Positions 8,606 to 16,706 of a DNA stretch of 64,000 nt are shown here, piece after piece. Where the stretch lies: contig CAVWKZ010000008.1 in NCBI GenBank assembly GCA_963755765.1, positions 615,695 through 679,694 of the forward strand. The letters are read 5' to 3'. The position numbers and the translations under genes were made by a program. The DNA is from an uncultured Acidobacteriaceae bacterium. Its GTDB lineage: Bacteria; Acidobacteriota; Terriglobia; Terriglobales; Acidobacteriaceae. The notes under the pieces are model-generated. The model was not told where the DNA came from, did not search any database, and worked only from the letters and a program-made list of their open reading frames with translations. The first letter of the stretch is position 1. Each line of letters begins with the position of its first letter.

Positions 8606-10281
8606 CTAAACCACCCGAGCCGGCGTCCGCGCCGGTCGCTTGCGAAACACAACCCGTATCTCTTCCCGCCAGCGCTCGTCGATTCCCAGCACTTCCCAAT
8701 CGATCTCGGGCGAGAGATAGCGCAGGATCGTGTCGATCGTGGGATGCACATGCAGAGCAGGCGAAACCAGCATCAACAGAGGCTTCTGCACCGAGAGCTC
8801 GCGCCCGGGGAAATAACCGAACTGCGCAAACTCGCCGCGGCTCTGGTGCCAGGCCACGCGCGACCAGTAATCCACTCCTTGCAGCGGCAGGTGGATATCT
8901 TCGTCGGCTTTGAGTTCAATCACCGCCAGCCGCGCCTCGCGAGTTGTGGCCAGAATGTCGATCATCGCTCGATCTGCCGCAGCAAACGCGGGCACCTTTG
9001 CATACACCGGCTCCGGCCGCAGCCGCCCGTCAAGAGCCGCGACGTTCGTGACCACCAGCGACTCCAGCCAGCGTTCGGGATGCATTCGCCACAAAGCGTG
9101 GTTCTTCGGACCGTCCTTATGACGAACCGCTGCCGCCAGACGCACCAGATCGCCAAACTGCGTTTCGTTCTCCGAGTTTAGTACCCGCTCTTCCGGCCCC
9201 ACGCCGAAAGCGATTTCCTCCCTGCTCTTGAAGTCCAGAGGATCATGGGCAATCCTCCCCTGTGCAAATTCGAGGCCATGCCGCCGAAACGAAATCAATG
9301 CCGGCGAAAGCACCACGACCTCAGCTTGCGGCAGAATGCCGTGAATGCGCGCGATCGACTCCGCAAAGCGATCACGCGCAGGACCTTCATCCACCACATG
9401 CACCAACCGGGTTGCCGGGTTGCCAGGTTGCCGCGATCGCCGATGTCTGCCGGTGCGAGCGCATCCTCCCGCTGGTCGAATTCGTACAAACTCCATTTCG
9501 ACGCTGCTGGATTCAGATGGGCCATGCGCTGCCGCGTGAGCGTAGCCATTCCTTTCGGCAAAATCATCGCCAACCCCTCTACCAATCGGCGGTCCCGCTG
9601 GGCAAGCCGGCACGCCTCCAGCCAAAGAATTCCGCAGGTAAGCCCACCATCAACGGTCGATTGTGTCTCTTCATCATTCACCCCAACCACTGCCAAAGCG
9701 CGCTGTCCGTGTCGCAACCAGCCGCGCAGGTAAGACGGACCGAAAGAGTGTTCAAGGTCGATAGCAGTAGTGAGTCGAACCACCGTCCATTCGGGGAAAT
9801 TTCTTTCTAGTGCCCGTCGCACCCGAGGCTCGTAAGCTACTCGTGCTTGCCGGCGCGCGGCGGGCGAGCGCTGGTCGCGATCCCGGCAGAAATCGAGGCG
9901 AGTCGGACGATTCTGCCCCATCCGCTGCACCTGCAGCCGCAGTGTAGTGGCCTTCACTTCCCCATCCAGCACACGCCGCACCACGTTTCGTTCGTGGGAC
10001 CACAGATGCAGCAGACATTTGTTGTACTCGCCCGAAATTGAGTACTTCGACTCCGCCAAATCGAACGCGATGGCGCCATCTTCCACCACCACCGCCGCGC
10101 GAGCACCAGTGAGGAAGCCGGAGAGCATCTGGCCGAGCGAATCCGGGGTCATATCGGAATTATTCGCCCGGCCGGAGACGGTGTCAGTGATGGGTGAACC
10201 GCGCAATTGTTTGGTTTCGTCAGGCACAGCGCAGTCTAACTTCCGTAATCTTTCCCCTGAAACTGAAGAGGTTCCGCTCAT
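8606..10281 (-). pseudogene. Frameshifted gene for a roughly 555-aa protein with a PD-(D/E)xK-like nuclease C-terminal domain
   Basis: Two overlapping minus-strand ORFs (9295-10281 and 8606-9625) each read as protein only up to or from the 8-nt tandem repeat at 9409-9432. The C-terminal part has ...AMIDILATTREARLAVIELKADEDIHLPLQGVDYW (a D...ExK...Q..Y pattern). Confidence 0.6.
9409..9432. repeat. Three tandem copies of an 8-nt unit (GGGTTGCC GGGTTGCC AGGTTGCC) at the frameshift point
   Basis: Read directly from the sequence. Deleting one unit joins the two reading frames and gives ...DIGDRGNLATRLVHVVDEG... Confidence 0.9.
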
Positions 10282-10342
10282 GTGATAATGCAGTTAGCGG
10301 GCGGTACATTTTCCCGCGAGCGACAGCCCCTCGGAGGGTTCC

Positions 10343-10618
10343 ATGGAGGTATCGGTTGCATCGTCGAAACCGGCGCGGGTCGTTATGACCTGCCTTTTGT
10401 TCTCATGTACAGTACTGTCAATGTGGAAGGGATTTCTTCGGTTTGAGTGGGTGTTTTTCTTCTGCTTTGGCTTGTACTACATGATGTATCTCCCAAAACA
10501 AAAGGGGGAGGCTTTCGCGGCATACCTCAAGAGACCACGAACTGTCGCCTCGGTGGCGCTGCTGGTCGCGGCGGTAGCCGGAGCAGGATATAACCTGCAC
10601 GTTGCGTTTATGAAATAG
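10343..10618 (+). CDS. Hypothetical small membrane protein
   Basis: 91-aa ORF with hydrophobic segments (WVFFFCFGLYYMMYL; VASVALLVAAVAGAGY). No recognisable family, and the start is uncertain. Confidence 0.3.
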   Translation: MEVSVASSKPARVVMTCLLFSCTVLSMWKGFLRFEWVFFFCFGLYYMMYLPKQKGEAFAAYLKRPRTVASVALLVAAVAGAGYNLHVAFMK

Positions 10619-10689
10619 GCCGAACGAGATGGCCGCAAGATACCGCATCTAATCGCTACGAGTCGTTTTTCCTACGAAGGCATCAAAAT

Positions 10690-12159
10690 ATGGTGACAGC
10701 CAATCAGGAACGTTTCTTCTTCGAGCACTACGGACTCACCAACCACGATCTCGAGATTTATCTCACCGCCGCCCTTTCCGCCGGCGGAGACTATGCCGAC
10801 CTTTATTTCGAATACCTGACCTCGACCTCGCTGATGGTGGATGAGTCTTTGGTCAAATCCGCCTCGCAGGGAATTTCAGCGGGCTGCGGCGTGCGTGTCG
10901 TCTCCGGCGAGCGCACAGGCTACGCCTACACCGACGATCTTTCTCCACAGCGCATTCTGCATGCGGCCCGCACCGCGGCTCTGATCGCGAGCGCGCCGTC
11001 CAAGACGACAGTCGCCGGATTCCAGCAGAAGCCCGCCCGCAGCTTGTACCCCATAGCCTTGCCTTCGGTGGACGCCGACATCACCGCCAAAGTCGAACTC
11101 CTGATGCGCGCCGATCGAACCGCACGCGGTTACGATCCGCGAATCAAAGAAGTTCGCGCCAGCTATGCCGATGAATTAAGGACCATCCTGATAGTCGGCT
11201 CCGACGGCACCTTTGCGGAAGACTCGCAGCCCTTGGCGCGGATGAATGTTTCCTGCATCGCGAAAACGGATGCAACTTCCGGCCGCGGCACCTCCGGCGG
11301 CGGCGGTCGCGTCGCGCTCGATTTCTTCTTTGGTGGTCATGGCGAAAAGACTCCCGAGTTCTTTGCCAAAGAGGCGGCGCGCCAGGCAATCCTGCAACTC
11401 GACGCCCGCGAAGCTCCGGCGGGCGATATGGAAGTCGTGCTTGGTCCAGGATGGCCCGGCGTGCTTTTGCACGAGGCCGTAGGCCACGGACTGGAAGCCG
11501 ACTTTAATCGCAAGAAGACTTCAGCGTTCGCCGGACTGATCGGCAAACGAGTCGCCAGCGAGAAGTGCACCGTGGTCGACAACGGCACCATGCCGTGGCG
11601 CCGCGGCTCCCTGAACGTGGACGACGAGGGCCAGCCCACGCAGGAAACCGTGCTGATCGAGAACGGAATTCTGAAGGGGTATCTGAGCGACAAGCTTTCC
11701 TCGAAGCTCATGGGCCTCGCCGACACGGGCAACGGACGTCGCGAGAGCTACGAGCACATCCCTATGCCGCGCATGACCAACACCTACATGCTGGCCGGGC
11801 AGGATGATCCCGGCGACATCATTCGCTCAGTGAAAAATGGCGTCTATGCGGTGAACTTCGGCGGCGGACAGGTAGACATCACCAACGGCAAATTTGTCTT
11901 TTCGGCATCGGAAGCCTATCTCATCGAAAACGGCCAAATCACGGCCCCAATCAAGGGCGCAACCCTGATCGGCAACGGCCCCGATGTGCTGACCCGGGTT
12001 TCGATGGTCGGCAACGACCTGAAACTCGACGAAGGCGTCGGCACCTGCGGCAAAGATGGACAGGCCGTTCCCGTCGGCGTTGGCATCCCGACCATTAAGA
12101 TTGATCGCATGACCGTCGGGGGCACCGCCAAGCGCGAAACCGGCGGATACATGCAGTAA
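10690..12159 (+). CDS. tldD: Metalloprotease TldD
   Basis: 489 aa with the HEAVGHGLE zinc motif and typical TldD/PmbA family length and C-terminus. Confidence 0.9.
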   Translation: MVTANQERFFFEHYGLTNHDLEIYLTAALSAGGDYADLYFEYLTSTSLMVDESLVKSASQGISAGCGVRVVSGERTGYAYTDDLSPQRILHAARTAALIASAPSKTTVAGFQQKPARSLYPIALPSVDADITAKVELLMRADRTARGYDPRIKEVRASYADELRTILIVGSDGTFAEDSQPLARMNVSCIAKTDATSGRGTSGGGGRVALDFFFGGHGEKTPEFFAKEAARQAILQLDAREAPAGDMEVVLGPGWPGVLLHEAVGHGLEADFNRKKTSAFAGLIGKRVASEKCTVVDNGTMPWRRGSLNVDDEGQPTQETVLIENGILKGYLSDKLSSKLMGLADTGNGRRESYEHIPMPRMTNTYMLAGQDDPGDIIRSVKNGVYAVNFGGGQVDITNGKFVFSASEAYLIENGQITAPIKGATLIGNGPDVLTRVSMVGNDLKLDEGVGTCGKDGQAVPVGVGIPTIKIDRMTVGGTAKRETGGYMQ

Positions 12160-12162
12160 CAC

Positions 12163-12240
12163 CACGGAGACACAGAGACACGGAGAAAACCAAGATCTTT
12201 TTCTTTCTTGTTTTGCTTTTCTCTGTGTCTCTGTGCCTCA
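12163..12240. repeat. Intergenic inverted repeat built from the words gagacac/agagacacggag
   Basis: cacggagacacagagacacggagaaaa ... ttttctctgtgtctctgtgcctc, located between tldD and pmbA. Confidence 0.7.
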
Positions 12241-12261
12241 GTGGTAGATTCTGACCTTGAA

Positions 12262-13647
12262 ATGACGACAACTCTGGAAACTCATACTCCTAAAGTCGAA
12301 ACTGAATTGCGGGAACTCGCAACCGATGTCGTCCGCCGCGCCATGAAAGGCGGAGCGACCGCGGCCGAGTGCATCGTCCGCGAAGGCGACGAATTCTCCA
12401 CCGTGGTGCGCCTCGGCCAGGTCGAAACTCTGAAAGAGTCCGGTTCGCGCGCCATCGGAGTCCGCGTCTTCTTCGGACAGCGCGCTGCCAGCACCTACTC
12501 CAGCGACTTCTCCGCCGCTGGTATCGAGCGCATGTTGAAGTCCGCCCTCGAACTCGCGAAGATCTGCTCTGAGGATCCGTACTCGGGCATTCCCGAAGCC
12601 GCTAAGCTCGGATCGCTCTCCGGCAACCTCGATCTCTATCACGAGGATGTCTACTCGCTCCCCGGCTCCGAGCGCATCGAGTACGCGCGCCGCGCCGAGA
12701 AGGCCGCGCTCGACGCCGATCCGCGCATCAAGAACTCCGAAGGCGGATCGTTCGACGCCGCCACCGGCAGAAAAGTGCTGGCAAATTCTCATGGTTTTGT
12801 CGGCGAATACAGGCGATCCTACTGTTCCGTCGCCGCTGTGCCCATCGCGCAGGACGCGAACGGCCTGATGCAGCGCGATTACTGGTACTCAGTGGCCCGC
12901 AGCCTGGCGAAGCTCGACTCCGCGGAGCAAGTAGGCAAAGAAGCAGCGCGCCGTACCCTCCGACGCCTAGGCGCCCGGAAGGTGAAGACCGCCCACGTGC
13001 CGGTGGTGCTCGATCCCATGGTCGCCAGTTCGATGCTCGAACATATTTTCGAGGGCGTGAACGGCGACTCCGTCTATCGCGGAGCCTCGTTCCTGGCCGG
13101 CAAACTCGGCGAGAAAATTGCCGGACCGAACGTCACCGTCATTGATGACGGCACCATGCCCGGCGGTTTCGCCACCACGCCCTTCGACGGCGAAGGCATC
13201 CCCACGCGCCGCACGGTGGTAATTCAAGACGGACTTCTAAAGTCGTATCTGCTGAACACCTACACCGCGAAGAAGTTAGGATTAGAGACTACTGCCAACG
13301 CATCCCGCGGCCTTGCCGGAACACCCGGAATCGGCCCCGGGAATTACTTCCTCGAACCAGGGACGAAGGCGCCAAAGCAAATCATTGCAGACATCAAAGA
13401 CGGCTTGTATGTAACCGAGTTTCTAGGCCACGGCGCCAACCTGGTCACCGGCGATTATTCCCGCGGAGCCTCCGGCATGTGGATCGTCAACGGCGAACTG
13501 GCCTTTCCGGTCGAAGAGATCACCGTGGCCGGCAATCTCAAAGACATGTTTTGCAACATCTCCGAGATAGGAAGCGACTTGGAATTCCGCGGCAGCGTAG
13601 CCTCACCGACCATCCGCATCGACGGCCTCACTGTGGGTGGAGAGTAA
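12262..13647 (+). CDS. pmbA: Metalloprotease PmbA/TldE
   Basis: TldD/PmbA family paralogue immediately after tldD. I trimmed the start to the ATG at 12262, because the upstream residues (FCFSLCLCASVV) translate the hairpin repeat. Confidence 0.9.
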   Translation: MTTTLETHTPKVETELRELATDVVRRAMKGGATAAECIVREGDEFSTVVRLGQVETLKESGSRAIGVRVFFGQRAASTYSSDFSAAGIERMLKSALELAKICSEDPYSGIPEAAKLGSLSGNLDLYHEDVYSLPGSERIEYARRAEKAALDADPRIKNSEGGSFDAATGRKVLANSHGFVGEYRRSYCSVAAVPIAQDANGLMQRDYWYSVARSLAKLDSAEQVGKEAARRTLRRLGARKVKTAHVPVVLDPMVASSMLEHIFEGVNGDSVYRGASFLAGKLGEKIAGPNVTVIDDGTMPGGFATTPFDGEGIPTRRTVVIQDGLLKSYLLNTYTAKKLGLETTANASRGLAGTPGIGPGNYFLEPGTKAPKQIIADIKDGLYVTEFLGHGANLVTGDYSRGASGMWIVNGELAFPVEEITVAGNLKDMFCNISEIGSDLEFRGSVASPTIRIDGLTVGGE

Positions 13648-13696
13648 AGATTTCGGGGGACCGCCATCGGTTGCCCAGCCCGGCTACCACGATCTT

Positions 13697-14182
13697 TCAA
13701 GCAAGCTCCCGCAGCGCCCCCAGCAACTCTTCAAGGTTCGGCAGTTGGTCAATCGGATAAACCTTAGCAAAAACAATCCTCCCCGCTTTATCCACAATGA
13801 ACGCAGCCCGTTCACTGATGCCTGCGACCGGCGGCCCTTCCCGCAGGATGCCGAATTTCCGCGTCACCTCGGCATGTGGATAGAAATCGGAGCACAAAGG
13901 AACCTCGACCGGACCAAGTTCCTCCCGCCGCCACGCGATGTGGCTCGGAATCGAATCTACGCTGATGTCCATGACCTGGGCATTAAGCGCCGCGAACTCT
14001 TTTTTCCTGGCGTCGAGTTCCGGCACCTGCGCCGCTCAAGTCGGTGTCCAATCCAGCGGATGAAACGCCACGACCAGGTTCTGCCGGCCGAGATACTCGC
14101 GCGAGCGCATCATAATCTGGCGTTCGCCCGCAACCGCGGGAAGTTCGAACTCCGGCGCTCGGTCGCCAATTTTAAGGGCCAT
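13697..14182 (-). CDS. Bcp/PrxQ-type peroxiredoxin with in-frame UGA at the peroxidatic Cys position (candidate selenoprotein)
   Basis: The ATG at 14182 gives MALKIGDRAPEFELPAV...NLVVAFHPLDWTPT-[TGA]-AAQVPELDARKKEFAALNAQVMDISVDS..., which aligns with the Prx motif F.P.DFTP.C. The ORF track shows only the part after the TGA (13697-14026). Confidence 0.75.
13994..14035 (-). promoter_or_regulatory. Candidate bacterial SECIS hairpins downstream of the Prx UGA
   Basis: On the minus strand after the UGA there are two hairpins. One is cggcg-cagg-tgccg at +2 to +15. The other is gaactc-(15-nt loop containing GG)-gagttc at +16 to +42. Confidence 0.4.
14036..14038 (-). other. In-frame UGA (putative Sec codon) in the peroxiredoxin
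   Basis: The plus strand reads tca at 14036-14038. It is in frame with both the ATG at 14182 and the downstream ORF. Confidence 0.7.
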
Positions 14183-14295
14183 TGTCGTTTCCCATCCGAA
14201 CAAAATTGTAATTGAGATTGCAGGCGGCCGTTCTTAACCCCGGAATTAACCTGCTTTTAACATCCGCCCTGTCATGAGCCGTTAACATTTCTCAC

Positions 14296-14640
14296 ATGCC
14301 CGATCAGCCGTTGAACATCGAAGATCTACCCGGGTCGCGGGAGGGAGTCCACATCCTGCGCCTTTCTGGGCCGCTGACGCTTACCAACCTATTCGGTTTT
14401 CAGTCCAAGGTTCGGGCCGATAACGCGCGCGCCCTCATCCTAGATTTCACGAATGTTCCCTTAGCTGATTCGGCGGGGATTGGAGCGCTCGTCGGCGCCT
14501 ACGTCACGCGACAGAAAGATGGACGCAGCCTGGGCTTGGTCGGCGTCAATCAGCGCATCCACCAGGCTCTGGAAGTCACACGCGTGGAAGGCTTTTTCCA
14601 ATTCTACGAAACCGTTGCTGAAGCCGAGCAGGCAGCATGA
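14296..14640 (+). CDS. STAS domain protein (anti-sigma-factor antagonist-like)
   Basis: 114 aa with the SpoIIAA-like pattern ...LILDFTNVPLADSAGIGALVG.... Confidence 0.8.
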   Translation: MPDQPLNIEDLPGSREGVHILRLSGPLTLTNLFGFQSKVRADNARALILDFTNVPLADSAGIGALVGAYVTRQKDGRSLGLVGVNQRIHQALEVTRVEGFFQFYETVAEAEQAA

Positions 14641-14667
14641 ATTAGAGAGCCGAGTTCGGTCGCACCA

Positions 14668-14705
14668 AAAAGAAAAGCGGCCTTTGCAGGCCGCCCTTCT
14701 TGTTC
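14668..14705. terminator. Hairpin between convergent STAS and cspA genes (bidirectional terminator candidate)
   Basis: gcggcc-tttgca-ggccgc, flanked by an A-rich run upstream and a C/T-rich run downstream. Confidence 0.5.
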
Positions 14706-14722
14706 CGAGTTTTGATTGTGGT

Positions 14723-14923
14723 CTAGACGCCTTTTACGTTTTCTGCCTGCGAGCCCTTCGGGCCTTTTACCACGTCGAACTGAACTTGTTGACCTTCCTG
14801 CAGGCTGCGAAACCCGTTTGCCTGGATGGCGGAGAAGTGTACGAAAACGTCTTCACCATTCTGGCGGCTGATAAACCCATAGCCCTTGGCATCGTTAAAC
14901 CACTTTACTGTTCCGGTTTCCAT
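14723..14923 (-). CDS. cspA: Cold-shock protein
   Basis: [33 protein letters not shown] contains the RNP1/RNP2 motifs. I trimmed the start to the ATG at 14923. Confidence 0.95.
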   Translation of the reverse strand: METGTVKWFNDAKGYGFISRQNGEDVFVHFSAIQANGFRSLQEGQQVQFDVVKGPKGSQAENVKGV

Positions 14924-15286
14924 GATGTTGCTGTGTTCCTTTTGTGTTGAAGTAGCGCTGAAACTCGGAGGATAGTGCAGGCAGGTCACGCTTTGGAGCG
15001 GTCTGCTGCTGACAACCGCAAAGCTCAAACGCACCTAGATCTTACATATTCGGGGCTGAATCGCCAGAGGATTTTGTGCTTACAGGTAACCCGCATGGGC
15101 TTACCCGCAAGCAGGATCCAGCGAATACAGCATTCACTGTACGAATACATTTCTCTGCAAGCCTCCCAAGAATTCCCGGCCGCGTCCCGTCCCGTTGTCA
15201 TATCAAACTGAAAAATAACCCCGTTGTCCTTTGGCAGGAACTTTGCATCCAAGATTGGCGAGTAACTAAGGGGTTGGAGGATTCTT

Positions 15287-15649
15287 ATGCTGGCCATCCG
15301 CGCTGAAAACCTTGGTGACCTGGCTGTGATCGAGTGTAGAGGTCGTATCTTGCGCAGCGATTCGGTTTTCAAGCTGCGCGATTTCGTGCAGGCGCAAGCA
15401 CCCGTCCGGATTATTGCGCTCGATCTTTCCGAAGTCGAAGCTATCGGCGGCGGCGGCTTGGGGATGCTCGCATTCCTCGAGCGCTGGGCGCGCGAACACG
15501 ATATTCGATTGAAACTGTTCGCGCCGTCCAAACCCGTATTGGAAGGCTTGGTGCGCAACCGCTCCATCCTGAACTTCGAAATTGCGACCTTCCATCAAAT
15601 GATGGATATGCTGGCCAACTCCGCCGGCCAATACGCCATTGCCGCCTGA
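15287..15649 (+). CDS. STAS domain protein
   Basis: 120 aa with ...IIALDLSEVEAIGGGGLGMLAFL..., a SpoIIAA-like fold pattern. Confidence 0.7.
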   Translation: MLAIRAENLGDLAVIECRGRILRSDSVFKLRDFVQAQAPVRIIALDLSEVEAIGGGGLGMLAFLERWAREHDIRLKLFAPSKPVLEGLVRNRSILNFEIATFHQMMDMLANSAGQYAIAA

Positions 15650-15692
15650 TCACTCAGTTGCAACTTCCCACGGGCTCATTCATCATCGAGGC

Positions 15693-16667
15693 ATGAGTAT
15701 TCAGTTGGGAAAGTGGGGCTTGGTCCTCGCAGGAATTCTCCTCTACATCTCCTTAAGCGTTCTCACTCCGGCCCCAACGCTCGCCCAATCCGACCTCATC
15801 GGCGATGTACGCGCTCAATTAGCGCAGAACTCCTTTCCCGCGGCCGAGTCCGAACTTCGTGCCTACAAGGCTCAGCATGGCATCACGCCGGAGTACCTCG
15901 AAGCCTTGTCGTGGATGGCCCGCGCAGCGGCCGCAGCCAAACAATGGGACCAAGCCACGACTTACGCGATCGAGACTCGTACTCTCTGCGAGCAGCAACT
16001 AACACCAACGACGAGCAAGCGCAAACTGGACGCCGAACCTCATCTTGCCATCGCTCTCGGCGCCGCCTACGAAGTTCTCGCCCAGGCGATGGAGGCAAAA
16101 GGTCAGCACGCAAAAGGCGTCAGCCTGCTGCGCTCGGCGCTGGCGCGTTACGGAAATACATCCATAAGACCGCGGCTCCAAAAGAACATCAACCTGCTGG
16201 CTCTAGTCGGTCAACCGGCACCGCCCTTGCAGGAAGCTCAGTATCTTGGACCGAAGCCACCCGCTCTCGCGTCGCTCAAAGGCTCGCCCGTTCTCCTGTT
16301 CTTCTGGGCGCATTGGTGTGGAGACTGCAAAGCCGAAGTCCCCATCATTGCCCGCCTGCGACAGGAATTCGCTCCCGAAGGTCTGGTAGTCATCGGTCCC
16401 ACCCAACTCTACGGCTATGCGGCACAAGGAGCCGATGCCTCACCCGAGCAGGAGCGATCATATATAGAATCGGTGCGCGCCCGCTATTACGCCAGCCTTC
16501 AGGACATGCCAGTACCGTTAAGCAAGCAGAACTTTAACGCTTACGGAGCGAGCACAACGCCGACTTTGGTCGTTCTGAATCGCGCCGGTCAGGTAGCGAT
16601 GTATCACCCCGGCGCGCTCTCCTATGACGAACTGAGAGCTGCGGTGCAGAAGGCTGTAGCTCGTTAA
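15693..16667 (+). CDS. TlpA-like thiol:disulfide oxidoreductase with N-terminal helical domain
   Basis: Signal/TM segment WGLVLAGILLYISL. The C-terminal thioredoxin fold carries FFWAHWCGDCK (CxxC). I trimmed the start to the ATG at 15693. Confidence 0.8.
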   Translation: MSIQLGKWGLVLAGILLYISLSVLTPAPTLAQSDLIGDVRAQLAQNSFPAAESELRAYKAQHGITPEYLEALSWMARAAAAAKQWDQATTYAIETRTLCEQQLTPTTSKRKLDAEPHLAIALGAAYEVLAQAMEAKGQHAKGVSLLRSALARYGNTSIRPRLQKNINLLALVGQPAPPLQEAQYLGPKPPALASLKGSPVLLFFWAHWCGDCKAEVPIIARLRQEFAPEGLVVIGPTQLYGYAAQGADASPEQERSYIESVRARYYASLQDMPVPLSKQNFNAYGASTTPTLVVLNRAGQVAMYHPGALSYDELRAAVQKAVAR

Positions 16668-16706
16668 CGCGGGGATGGGCGGCCACTTTTCAGCCGCCGC
16701 GGAAGA

